The position numbers and the translations under genes were made by a program. Below, piece after piece: positions 11,843 through 22,629 of a stretch of 64,000 bases of DNA. Source of the DNA: Narcine bancroftii. Lineage: Eukaryota. The DNA is taken from NCBI RefSeq assembly GCF_036971445.1, contig NC_091469.1:249674001-249738000 (forward strand). Reading direction: 5' to 3'. Every line of letters starts with the position of its first letter. Within the stretch, counting starts at the first letter, position 1. The notes under the pieces were generated by a model that worked only from the letters and a program-made list of their open reading frames with translations, was not told where the DNA came from and made no database searches.

Positions 11843-11886
11843 GTAGCGATCTCGAGAGATAGCTTTAGACACTTGGCCAATTAGAA

Positions 11887-12190
11887 TAAGGTGTATGGTG
11901 ATGGTTATTTGCTTCTATAGTGTGTAATAAGTATTTGATTAAGGATCGTGTGCCATAGTAGTGTATAAGTATCTGTATAAGGTGCATTGTGATGGTTATT
12001 TGTTTTTATAGTGTGCAATAAGTATTTGATTAAGGATCGTATACCATAGTAGTGTATAATCAGTATCTGTATAAGGTGTATTGTTTTATAGTTATTTGCT
12101 TCTATAGTGGTTAAGTATCTGTTTAGGAATCGTCTAGTGTATCATAATATTTTATAATAAGGATTTGTTTAAGGATCGTGTGTAGTGTGC
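11887..12190 (+). repeat. ERV leader tandem array 2 (~90 bp, about 3 copies, AT-rich)
   Basis: TAAGGTGTAT...GGTTATTTG...TATAGTG...TAAGGATCGT recurs. Confidence 0.8.
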
Positions 12191-12280
12191 TGCTGGTGTT
12201 TATAATAACGTGGGAAGGGACGAAGTAGATTGCAGGGTGTCAAAATCACGAAGTCTAAAGGGTTAAAGATCAGAACGGAG

Positions 12281-14338
12281 ATGGAAGGAGTAAATAGGGA
12301 TGTAGGGCAAGAGCTCGGGGGAGACAGAGGGGTTCCCCCATCTGTAAACCGACAGTGGGAGAAAACAAGGAATCAATTACTGGGAGGATTACCGAAGGGA
12401 GAGGAGGTACAGGCTATGGCACGGTACGAACAGATATGGAGAGAGCTGCAGAATCAGGGGAAGGTTCCACGAGGGTTTGAAAAAATCCGGCTGGTACTGT
12501 ACTTAGGAGAAGCAGAGAGGGAAGCAGCCAAGGAGGTACAGGAACATGAGGCAAAAGGACAAGGATCTATATGGAATAGAAGAAGGTTTAAACAACAGAG
12601 AGAAGTGAAGGAACAGAGAAGGGCAGATTTACACATTATGACATTGGCTTGCATGGCTGTGGAAGCGAACCTTCAACATGATATTAAACAGGGATCCCAT
12701 AACACTAAGGAGAATACGGGGGAGGTGAAGCCGTCAGCCCTGTTATATCCAGAGTTACCGGAGACATTGCCACCACCTTATCCTATTCCCCAAATGCCAG
12801 CGATGCAGATAAGTGAGGGAATAGTGAATGTCACTGAGTTAACAGGTCCAGAACTACATGAGGCGAAGGAGAGACTGAAGAGAGTTGCACAGGAGAGAGT
12901 GGAGGAAACAAAAGAGTGGGTGCACGAAGTACAGAACGATAGATGTGCAGTAAGGAAAAATAGTAGGGGCTTGGGAAGTACAGATGAGAGAGAGCTGGGA
13001 CAAGAGGAGAATAGGAAGGGAAATGACCCAGCGAGTGTCTGATGGGAACGGGAGAGAGAGCAGAACGAGGATACTGATCTAGCTAGTGTGAGTGTTGAGA
13101 ATGAAGAGGAGGAACAGCCAGTCACGATCAGGGGAAGCATGATCACACATAGAAGACAGAGTCAGGATTACCCTCGTTCCCCTTTGGGATATGCGTTGCG
13201 GGACAGGGAGGAAGTACGGCTTCCAGAAAGGTATAGACAGATGCCGCTAATTTATAAGGGTCCGCAAATTGGGGAGAGGTATCAACCCTTCTCATTCACT
13301 GACATGAATTGTATTTTGGATAAAATGCCACCTCCGACTGAGGGAGGTGGAGCGTGGATGGGAAAGTTCTGCCAATATACGATGGGACATAAGATAGCCA
13401 TAGGGGATTGGAGAGCATTATTGGGTAAACAGCTTGGGCTGTGGGAGATACAGCAGGTAGAAATGATCGCAGGAATCACTAGGTGCCTCGATGCCGAGCC
13501 ATTTGCCAACCATGCTACGGCAGTAGGAGGGGCAATGAGAGATAAGTTCCCCGTTCCCCCCGGTGTCATGCAGTCCCTGACCTTTTCCATAAAGGAGGAT
13601 GAGGAGATCTCGACTTTTTTGAGTCAGTGTAGGGAGAGTTGGACTGATAAAGCTGGAGTACACCCAGCCACAGATCCCTTGCAGACTACACTCTTTAGGG
13701 CTGCAGTAACGAGTGGACTGCCAGCTGTAGTTAGGGAGGGATTAGAGAATAACCCTGATATTCCTGGCTGCTCGAGTGAGCAATGGGAAAAACATTTGAC
13801 CCATCACATGAAACGTTACAGGGCTAAGCAAAAGGAGGACAAACATACTATGGAGTCGGCACAAGTGCAACTCCTTACGCTTCAATTGGAAGAGGCTAGA
13901 AAAAAGGCAAACGAGGCAAAAAAGATTTCCTCAAAGGGTGCGAACCAGATGATTCAGCAGCCAACGCAGCCACCACAAGGGAATAATATGAGTTGGCACC
14001 CGGCCCCATATTGGGCACCGGGTCCCACCTTTGTGGCCAGAATGGGAGGTCCAATGGGGGGATTCCGAGTAAGAGGGAGAGGTCGGGGTGCTCCACGAAT
14101 GCAACCAGCCGTATGTTTTGTATGCGGTCAGCCAGGACACTGGAAGAGAGACTGCCCCCTGGCTTGGGATCCTCGGGACACTGGGGGAAGGGGATATGGA
14201 CCACCACAAAATGAGCATTGGGTCCAGCCCCAGAGATCGTCAGTGCCACCCCCGGTACATCAGGCACCCCATGCGGCTTTAGCTCCAAAGAGACAATTCC
14301 CTTTGCTGACAGAGGAGGAGCAATATTGCCCACAGTGA
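12281..14338 (+). pseudogene. gag: ERV gag with one premature TGA (13040-13042)
   Basis: ORFs 12230-13042 and 13088-14338 share a frame; LYPEL and PPPY late-domain motifs; zinc knuckle CFVCGQPGHWKRDC. ATG 12281 is the first in-frame ATG. Confidence 0.88.
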
Positions 14339-17152
14339 CGGAGCCCGAGCACCCACGAGCAGGCTAGGTTGGCAGACCCTTTCCTGCAGATTAAAGTTAT
14401 GGACATGGAAGTATCCTTTTTAGTGGATACGGGAGCCAGATTTTCAACACTCACTGGCACTGAATTTCAAGATAAAACATCATCCTCTAGCGTCCAGCTG
14501 ATAGGGTTCTCGGGTACACCAGAAAATCTGCCGTTTTCTACACCACTAGTCACTTCTGTGGCGGGACAGACTTTTACACATCAATATATTTTGTTAGCCA
14601 GGTGCCCTACCAATCTCTTGGGCAGAGACCTGTTGGTCAAGTGCGGAGCATCGATCCTTTGTGGACCCAGCGGAATAGAGGTCACCTTTCCAAATGGATA
14701 TTCTATGAACTGTTCATTAACTACACTGCATTCCAGTTCTCAGATGTTGTTGGCGGCAGCTGGAGGATCCGCGTCTGAGGGACAATGGGCTGACATTTAC
14801 TGGGGGTTGTTGCAACCAGAGGACCCTCAGAAGGGGGGGCTGCTAAAACTTTATAATCAATGGAAGCCGTGGATCCAGACGTTACACCCGTATACCCCTC
14901 CCTCGGACCCTCCCCATATGACCCTCTTTTACGATAGGGATGGGGATGAAATGTATCAGCATGCCTTTTATGAAGAGGTAGAGGGCATGCTATGGGAAAT
15001 TAATTCGGACTACATAGTGGTAGGAAAGGAGGGAGTGGCCGCTGCGCTGGCACTGACATCTGAACAGCTGGAATGGTATGAGATGGCAGGTGAGGCCATT
15101 CCTCATGTCACCCTTGCAATTGGCACTACTCATCAGGCAAAAGATTTGGGACCGATGTGTCGGAACTTGAAGTCCCTAAGGGACTGGTCTGACACCCAAA
15201 TACCGACAGTGCAGTTCTCCTCATCTGGTCAGGCATACAGAATTTTGTCTCCGACATATGATCAAGTCCTCCTTGAGCATAGACAGATTGAACGCTTTCA
15301 TGGTAGAGAGAAGATGGATCACCCCGACTCGGCCCCTATGCTAGATTCTCTCCCTGAGAACCTGTGGTCAGTGGGACCAGCAAATGTGGGTTTTTATCAG
15401 CAGGTTGATCCCATAACCTTCGAACTGTCAGATTTCACCCCTATTTGGCAGATGCAGTATCCCCACAAACCTGATGCTGAGGAAGGTTTGGCAAAGACCA
15501 TTGATGGCCTTATGTATTCAGGGGTGTTGGAACATTCGCGTTCTAGTTGGAATACACCCATTTTACCGGTTCCTAAACAAGACACGGGCAAATATCGGAT
15601 GGCCCATGACTTAAGGCGCATCAATGGTATTGTGAGTACACCCACAGTTCCAGTACCAAACCCATATACTGCCATGACTGCTTTAACCCCCAACCACAAG
15701 TGGTTCTCTTGCATAGATTTAGCGAATGCTTTCTTTTGCTTGCCGCTGGCAGAACCATTAAGAGATGTGTTTTCGTTCACGTATAGAGGTAGAAAGTTGC
15801 GGTATACTCGGCTTCCACAGGGCTTTATTTTATCTCCAGGGATTTTCAATCAGGTGTTGAAAGAACAGCTGGGGGGGCTAGCACTGCCAGGTGGGGTAGT
15901 TCTGATCCAGTATGTAGATGACATCCTATTAGCAGCACCTGATCATACTTCCTGTTTGGAGGCCACCTGTCTCCTGCTAGTGCAGCTGTTCAAGGCAGGC
16001 TTTAAAGTCTCTCGCTCAAAGCTGCAATGCTGCAGGCAGGTGGTCACCTTTTTAGGGGGAATGGTCTCAGCGAAAGGCACAGGGATTTCCCCTGCACATC
16101 GAACAGCGATACTACATCATACAAAACCAAAGACAGTTAAAGAGATGCTTTCGTTTTTGGGTTTGTCAGGTTATAGTAGGCAGTTTATCCCATCGTATGG
16201 TGAGTTGACACATCCACTGCGAACTTTGGTGAATGAGCAGGGGATGAGGAACCTGGGAGCTACACTTGATTGGACTGCACAGGCTGAGATGAGTTTTATT
16301 CTATTGAAGCAAGCTCTTACAACAGCTACAGATTTGGCGATTCCAAATTATAAACTACCTTTCTTTTTGGATGTTTCTGAAAAAGCACACACAATTGATG
16401 CTGTTCTTTTTCAGAAAAAAGGGGGTGGAAAATGTGTGCTTATGTATGTGAGTATCACACTAGACCCAACGGAAGACAGACACCCACCATGTACGAGACA
16501 TGCAGCGGGAGTAGCAAAGATTTTACAAAAGGTGGCACACATAGTAATGGGACATGGCCTGACGGTATTAACAACACATAGCATTGTAGCATTTGTGAGC
16601 TCGACAGCATTTACAATGACTTCACTAAGGCAGACGAGACTAGAAAAGATCCTGAATGCTCCAAATGTTACATTTACCCATGAAGGCATTAACATGGCAG
16701 ACAATATGGGAGAGGGAGAACCACACTGTTGTGTGAAGAGGGTAGTGAAGGATATTAAAATAAGACCTGACCTACAGGCTACACCCTTAAGAGAACCAGA
16801 TGAAACCTTGTTTACAGATGGGTGCTGTTACAGACACCCCACAGATGGATTGAAAGCTGCCTATGCGGTGGTACGAAAAACTACAGGAGGATTTGAAGAA
16901 ATCATTACAGGGACAGTGAGAGGAAAGGAGTCAGCACAACTCGCAGAACTACAGGGAATGATAGCAGCATTAGAATGGGCAGAAGGGAAGGAGGTCAATA
17001 TATATACAGACTCGGCATATGTGGTAGGGACAATTCAGGTCGAACTTAGTCAATGGATTAGAAGTGGGTTTTTAACAGCAGCAATGACCCCAATTAAACA
17101 CGAGAAGGATGTTAGGAAACTGGCTGAGGCCCTCCTGAAACCAAGGACATGA
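14339..17152 (+). CDS. pol: ERV pol: protease, 2H-phosphoesterase-like domain, RT, tether, RNase H (frameshifted at its C-terminus)
   Basis: FLVDTGA and LLGRDLL; HMT and HVT; IDLANAFF, RLPQGF, YVDD (15911-15922); FTDG, SAQLAEL, IYTDSAY. In frame with gag across a single TGA. Confidence 0.93.
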   Translation, partial: RSPSTHEQARLADPFLQIKVMDMEVSFLVDTGARFSTLTGTEFQDKTSSSSVQLIGFSGTPENLPFSTPLVTSVAGQTFTHQYILLARCPTNLLGRDLLVKCGASILCGPSGIEVTFPNGYSMNCSLTTLHSSSQMLLAAAGGSASEGQWADIYWGLLQPEDPQKGGLLKLYNQWKPWIQTLHPYTPPSDPPHMTLFYDRDGDEMYQHAFYEEVEGMLWEINSDYIVVGKEGVAAALALTSEQLEWYEMAGEAIPHVTLAIGTTHQAKDLGPMCRNLKSLRDWSDTQIPTVQFSSSGQAYRILSPTYDQVLLEHRQIERFHGREKMDHPDSAPMLDSLPENLWSVGPANVGFYQQVDPITFELSDFTPIWQMQYPHKPDAEEGLAKTIDGLMYSGVLEHSRSSWNTPILPVPKQDTGKYRMAHDLRRINGIVSTPTVPVPNPYTAMTALTPNHKWFSCIDLANAFFCLPLAEPLRDVFSFTYRGRKLRYTRLPQGFILSPGIFNQVLKEQLGGLALPGGVVLIQYVDDILLAAPDHTSCLEATCLLLVQLFKAGFKVSRSKLQCCRQVVTFLGGMVSAKGTGISPAHRTAILHHTKPKTVKEMLSFLGLSGYSRQFIPSYGELTHPLRTLVNEQGMRNLGATLDWTAQAEMSFILLKQALTTATDLAIPNYKLPFFLDVSEKAHTIDAVLFQKKGGGKCVLMYVSITLDPTEDRHPPCTRHAAGVAKILQKVAHIVMGHGLTVLTTHSIVAFVSSTAFTMTSLRQTRLEKILNAPNVTFTHEGINMADNMGEGEPHCCVKRVVKDIKIRPDLQATPLREPDETLFTDGCCYRHPTDGLKAAYAVVRKTTGGFEEIITGTVRGKESAQLAELQGMIAALEWAEGKEVNIYTDSAYVVGTIQVELSQWIRSGFLTAAMTPIKHEKDVRKLAEALLKPRT

Positions 17153-18443
17153 TAGAACAGATACGATGGTGGCTCGGGGAAATCAGGAAGCGGACATGGC
17201 CGCTAAAAGGGCAGCAGGATACGGCCCTCAGTTTATTATGATACAGGCAGACAGAACAGCACATGACTTATTACCACCGTGTAGGGTAGAAGTAATAATA
17301 CAGGAACAAGCAAAGGCATCACCTCAGGAAAGGATGGTATGGGAGGAAAGGGGGGCAACCAAGGATCAAGGACTATGGAGATCGATAGACGGGAGGCCAG
17401 TTTTACCATCTGGACTCATGAAACCCCTCCTCGAGGAGGCGCATGGGCTAACACACTGTGGAAAGAAGCAGATGATAAGGTACTTGATACATTGGTGGCA
17501 CCCCTTCCTGCCGGCGATGGTGGAGAACCATATTAGAGAGTGTGATGTATGTATAGCTTTCAATGTAAAGGCGACTGTAAAGCCACATGAAGGTCAGTTC
17601 CCTCTACCTAAGTTACCAGGGCAGGAAATCGTACTGGATTATACGGACATGATTGAGAGGGTAAGTGGCTATCGATACCTCTTAGTAGCAGTAGGTGTGT
17701 TCACAGGGTGGCCGGAGGCAATCCCTGCCAAAAGAGAAGATGCAAGGACGGTATGTAAATTCCTGATCAACCAGTATATTCCGAGACACGGATTCCCTAG
17801 AAAAATCAGGTCTGATAATGGAAGTCATTTTAAGAATAATAATCTACAGGAGGTAGAAGCAATGTTGGGATTGAAACATGCCTTTGGAACGGTGTACCAT
17901 CCGCAATCCCAAGGGAAAGTGGAGAGGATGAACCAAACAATAAAAAGTAAGATCGGGAAAGTACAGGCACGGACCAAACTAAATTGGGTGGATGCGTTGC
18001 CCCTGGCATTAATGTCAGTAAGGAGTTCGGTAAGTTCTGTGACAGGATTTACTCCATATGAACTACAAACAGGGCACCAGTTTCCAGGACCGGGAGCCGG
18101 AATTCAGACAACGAAGAATGAGGTAAGCTCAATGGGATGCAAGCTTTATTATGAAAAACTAACGGCTCTGGTGTCAGATTTTTCACAACAGGTCACAAGT
18201 CCCAACAGAGAAGGGGAAACACCGATACCTTCAGTCGCGGAGTGGGTTCTGCTAAAGGTCATCAAAAGAAAGTGGTCGGAGCCCAGGTGGACAGGACCCT
18301 ACAGAGTGGTGGAGAGGACGTCCCACGCGGTTCGACTACAAGGAAAAGGCGAGACGTGGTATCATTGGAGTCAGTGTGCAGCAACGGACCCACCAACACG
18401 GACACTGGAACAGATTCGAACGGAGGTGACTGAGAACCTGTGA
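17145..18443 (+). CDS. pol: ERV RNase H tail plus integrase (pol continuation after frameshift)
   Basis: GHDRTDTMVARGNQEADMAAK; HHCC (HGLTH...CDVC); D,D35E (LDYTD, SDNG, GKVERMN); WTGPY. Confidence 0.93.
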   Translation, partial: GHDRTDTMVARGNQEADMAAKRAAGYGPQFIMIQADRTAHDLLPPCRVEVIIQEQAKASPQERMVWEERGATKDQGLWRSIDGRPVLPSGLMKPLLEEAHGLTHCGKKQMIRYLIHWWHPFLPAMVENHIRECDVCIAFNVKATVKPHEGQFPLPKLPGQEIVLDYTDMIERVSGYRYLLVAVGVFTGWPEAIPAKREDARTVCKFLINQYIPRHGFPRKIRSDNGSHFKNNNLQEVEAMLGLKHAFGTVYHPQSQGKVERMNQTIKSKIGKVQARTKLNWVDALPLALMSVRSSVSSVTGFTPYELQTGHQFPGPGAGIQTTKNEVSSMGCKLYYEKLTALVSDFSQQVTSPNREGETPIPSVAEWVLLKVIKRKWSEPRWTGPYRVVERTSHAVRLQGKGETWYHWSQCAATDPPTRTLEQIRTEVTENL

Positions 18444-18552
18444 AGCAACCACGGACTAAGAACACTTAACGTCCCTTTTTAAAGAGACTATTGGACTACG
18501 GTGACTGTGTATCAGTGGTTGACGGCATAATTAATTTATTGGCATCAAAACA

Positions 18553-18840
18553 ATGAAGGGAGCTGAGATGAATACTATGTGGGGACTATGGGTGATGTTG
18601 TTCCTAGCCCTTGAAGCATCTGGAGAAGGAAACAACTGTACAAAGTGTTTATGATCAGCCTGGGAGGCCCATAATGAACCGAAACAGTACTTTGCGGATT
18701 GGACTGACGTTCCTGAACACTGTGTTGGGGCCCCCACTGAACTGAAGTGTGTTCATAATGGCCAAGTTTGTGAGGTTAAGTTTAACAAGGGGTCGGAGAT
18801 GCCGGTCCTTGCAAAAACTCCTGAGGTCTTGGTCCCATAA
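18553..18840 (+). pseudogene. Truncated env-like remnant
   Basis: Hand translation MKGAEMNTMWGLWVMLFLALEASGEGNNCTKCL*SAWEAHNEPKQYFADWTDVPEHCVGAPTELKCVHNGQVCEVKFNKGSEMPVLAKTPEVLVP*: signal-peptide-like start, Cys-rich, in the env position. Confidence 0.55.
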
Positions 18841-18874
18841 GTTAACTGGTGGTTGGTCTCATTTTCATGAGACC

Positions 18875-18885
18875 AAAAGGGGGAC
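18875..18885 (+). promoter_or_regulatory. ERV polypurine tract
   Basis: AAAAGGGGGAC immediately before the TG of the 3' LTR. Confidence 0.9.
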
Positions 18886-19654
18886 TGTTGGAATCTAGGG
18901 GTTAAAACAGTATGAAATAAATGATTAATTAATAAGTGTATATTTACTGCATGGTTCAGGGAAAAAGGAATGTGATTAAGTGGCAATCACAGCATGGAGC
19001 AAAGTTGGCTGAGCAAAATTGTCTCTCCAAAATACAGGGAGAGGAAATGCATAAAACAATTTAGGAGGAATGCTCAAACTAAATGAGGTGGTGAGTAGCA
19101 CAGGAGACACAGGCCAGATCAGAACAAAGAATGGCCTGTAAGAAACAAAGGGAATGGAAAACAAGTCTAGGAGGAAGATTAAGGCAGGAGGAGGTGTTAA
19201 AGAGAACAGCAGAAATTGGCCAGACAAGAACAGAATGGTGATTAGAAATATCTGGGGATGAATTAATTTCTGATCAACACAACAGGATAGTCTGGCCTGG
19301 AGGATTAAGATGAGAGTGCTACACCCCAGATATCTGCAAAACAGGAGATGACTTGTGATAACCCTTATGCAAAAAGATCTAGCAAAGGAAGACAACTTTT
19401 CTTCTGTATGATAAGATTGACCTATATAAACTGAGCCAACTGGACAATAGGGGTCAGTCTTGGGGAATAGCTCACTGTGCAGGTGACCTATGAACTAACG
19501 ACTGACCCAGAGCTCTGTTAAGTTTTATTCTTGTGCTGTGTAATAAACTGACTGTTGAACCGAATACCTTCTCCTATCACTTCATTCAAAGAACACGCTG
19601 GACTCAGACCACACATAGACTAAATTAAGAGTAAGGTAAAGCCAGAGTCCGACA
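18886..19654 (+). repeat. ERV 3' LTR (769 bp)
   Basis: Uninterrupted copy of the 5' LTR; I see only two substitutions by eye. Confidence 0.97.
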
Positions 19655-20960
19655 CTGCCCACTGTCACCCTTATGATTGCAGTGTAGAGGGGACACAGCA
19701 CTCCTCCACAGCGTCCTACAGTCCATTGTTAACCTGATGACCGCGGGATAGTGGGTACACAGTGCTACTCCGCAGGGTCCTCCTGCCCGCTGTTACCACG
19801 TTGACCGTGGGGGAGTTGAGGCACAGCGCTCCTCCGCAGGGTCCTCCTACCCACTGTTACCCTGATAACCACAGGGGAGTGGGACACAGCACTCCTCTGC
19901 AGGGTCATACTGCCCACTGTCTCCCTCATGACCCCTGGGGAGTGGAAACCCTTCGCTTCTCCACTGGGTCCTACTGCCCACTGTTATCCTGATGACCGCA
20001 GGATAGTTGGGACACAGCACAACTCCGCAGGGTCCTACTGCCTGCTGTTACCCTGATGACAATGGGGGAGTGGGGCCACAGCACTCCTTTACAGGAACCT
20101 ATTGCCCACTGTTACCCTGATGATCACGGATGAACGGGGACACAGCACTCCTCCACAGGGTCTTACTGCCCATTGTTAATGTGATGGCCTTGGGGGAGTG
20201 GGGATACAGTACTCCTCCACAGAGTACTCCTGCTCGCTGTTATCCTGATGACCATGGGGGTGTGGGAACACATCACTCCTCTGCAGGGTCCTCCTGCCCA
20301 TTGTTACCCTGATGACCGCGGGATAGTGGGTACATAGCGCTCCTCCGCAGGGTCCTACTGCCCACCGTCACCCTGATGTTTGCGGAGGAGTGGGGACTCA
20401 GCACTACTCCGCAGGGTCCTACTGCCCACTGTTATCCTGATGACTTTGTGGGTGTAGAGATACATCGCTCCTCCACTGTGTCCTGCTGTCCACTGTTATC
20501 CTGATGACCACAGGGGAGTGAGGACTCAGCGCTCCTCTACAGGATTCTCTTGCCCTCTGTTACCTTGATGACCGCGGGATAGTGGGGACACAGCGCTCCT
20601 CCACAGGGTCCTACTGCCCGCTGTTATCCTGATGACTGCAGGGTAGTGTGGACACAGTGCTCCTCTACAGGGTCCTACTGTCCACTGTTATCTTGATGAC
20701 CCTGGGGATGTAGAGATACATCAGTCCTCTACTGTGTCCTTCTGCCCATTGTTACCCTGATGACCGCTGGGGAGTGGATGCATTTCACCCCTCCACAGGG
20801 TCTTACTGCCTGTTGTTACCCTGATGACCGCTGGCGAGTAGAGATACAGCACTCTCTGCATGGTCCTACTGCTCACTTTCACACTGACTGCTCCATACCA
20901 GGAACTAGGGACACAGTGCTCTTCTAGAGAGTCTTGCTGCCCTCTCATTATCCCATGGCC
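19655..20960. repeat. ~59-bp minisatellite, right part
   Basis: Same unit as 7035-9059, about 20 copies. Confidence 0.95.
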
Positions 20961-21939
20961 TCCTGTAGGGTTAAAAGGCCTGTTTATGTGCTGATGGTGG
21001 TTTTCAACATCAGAGAACCCACGGGCCTCCACGTCCAAGATGGCAGTGTCTACGCTCGGCGGCCCAGACAGACCTTAAGGGTTGCAGGCTCTGGGAGAGC
21101 AGCAGTTCGGCTCGGGGCAGGAAACCCCCTCCCCCTTCCTCCATCCTGGGAAGGGGCCCCACAGAGTGGGAGACCAAGGCAGCGGACTGGTGAGGGGCTC
21201 AGCAGGAGGCCGAAGAACTTACACCAGGCTGCTTCTACTCGAGTCCGGTTTGTGTTGACCTGTAATCAGGACTGGGATCCGTGAGGATGGTGAGCAGGTC
21301 TCCCGAAGCCCCTTGGTTACTGACAGCTTCTTAATCGTATTGGGGGTCGGGAATCAAGGGCTCAGGTTGACTGCTGGAAGAGACTAGTGACCGTGAACCC
21401 TCGATGCATCCAAAGGGACTCTCTTTTGCTTCCCTTTCTCCTATTAGCGGGGACACCTGACTCGAGGGCACCTCTTTGTATGTCTTTACGGCTGGGAAAC
21501 TTGGGTTTATTTCTGTACATGACAAGAACGGATCCTTGAATCTTGCAAGTTGCTGGCACGCAGAGGGACGAGTTTAATTTTAAAACAGACTGTCCAGGGA
21601 GCTTTAAAGCTTTGAATCCCACTGTGGCTCTCTCTGTTGCTTTACTCCACCTGTCTCACTGAACAACAGGCCTCTTGGCTGAGGGTCAGTCCCCACATGC
21701 CTCCCATTCCACTTGCCTGCTGTTGCTGCACTGCAGGACATGACAGCTCGCACACACTCACTCCTAAGTTCACAGCACCTGTGAGAGCTGGGACATCACC
21801 CTGGATCATTGACATGGAGCAGCAGAGAGGCCAATGGTCCCACAGCTGACCTAAGCACGTCTTCTGTCGAACAGCTGCTTCTCACTCTTCCGACCCCTAT
21901 GGCAATGTCACGGCAATGTTGCGCTTCCAAAACTGCTAC

Positions 21940-22125
21940 GCGTTCGGAGCAACGCCATTATAGCGCCAGCAACGCATGTTTGAATCCAGCGCTGCCTGTA
22001 GGAGTTTGTGTGTTCTCCCTGTGACCTGCGTTGGTTTACATCAGATGCTCTGGTTTCCTCCCACGTTTGTAGGTTAATTGGGAAGCACGGGTTTCATGGC
22101 CTTGTACCGTGATGTATTGTTTAAA
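21940..22125 (+). mobile_element. HE1/V-SINE-like SINE
   Basis: GGAGTTTGTGTGTTCTCCCTGTGACCTGCG...GCTCTGGTTTCCTCCCAC core with a degenerate B-box (GTTTGAATCC). Confidence 0.7.
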
Positions 22126-22629
22126 TTAAAAATTGTAAAGAATCCCAAGGATTCCAACTGAGCTGTCAATGGCCATTGTTTGATCTATAAATAACCACTG
22201 CTGCTTGCAGACACTTGCCAGCTATCGTCATCCCCTTGTCAGGACCCCTGATGGTTTCTTGGAAAATCCACACATTCCAATCACCACCTCTCCTTCATTT
22301 CCCCACCCCCACAAGTGTCCCCAACCATTTAGTCGCCATTTAATCTTTTGGATGCTGGTTATCATTTGCCTTTCACTGCCCTTTCAGGAACACATTCCAG
22401 CTCATTGTTGAAGCCCTGGTCTCTATCCCCTGCTCCTCTCAGTGGTTTCAAGTCTGTATTCCCTGTAAATGCACCCTCTCTCCTCTCTAAACCCCTTCAC
22501 GGTGGTGCTGAGTCCCTCTGGCTGCTCCTTTCATCCCACCCAGTCCCTCGGATCCTGGACCTGAGACTGGTGTGCCCTTTCATCCCTCCCTTTCCCCCAG
22601 CTCAGTTTCCTGTCTCCCATTCTGTTTGC

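Larger units (their letters stand above)
9060..19654 (+). mobile_element. Full-length endogenous retrovirus, class I / epsilon-like, defective
   Basis: TG...CA LTRs, 4-bp TSD CTGC (9056-9059 and 19655-19658), PBS, gag with CCHC, PR-RT-tether-RNaseH-IN order, env remnant, PPT. Removing it rejoins one minisatellite unit. Confidence 0.97.

Noticed and set aside
13040-13042. Programmed readthrough at the internal gag TGA
   Set aside because: Context TGA-TGG is not a known leaky context; a CGA-to-TGA decay mutation is simpler, though other copies are needed to be sure.
10768-19395. Duplicated hydrophobic minus-strand ORFs (133 aa at 10768-11169, 139 aa at 18976-19395) as an antisense viral gene
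   Set aside because: Antisense reading of purine-rich U3 with a non-ATG start; the duplication simply reflects the two LTRs.
9060-19654. Classifying the large LTR element as Gypsy
   Set aside because: Pol has a degenerate tether plus a second RNase H, RLPQGF/YVDD, readthrough gag-pol, late domains and an env-position ORF, all retroviral traits.
7035-20960. CRISPR-like regular repeats (59-bp and 42-bp arrays, ERV leader)
   Set aside because: Head-to-tail tandem units without unique spacers, no cas genes, eukaryotic context.
21331-21525. Possible extra MYBPC3 linker exon (AVKTYKEVPSSQ...)
   Set aside because: Phase-compatible AG but weak pyrimidine tract, no convincing donor before the stop, and no MyBP-C similarity.
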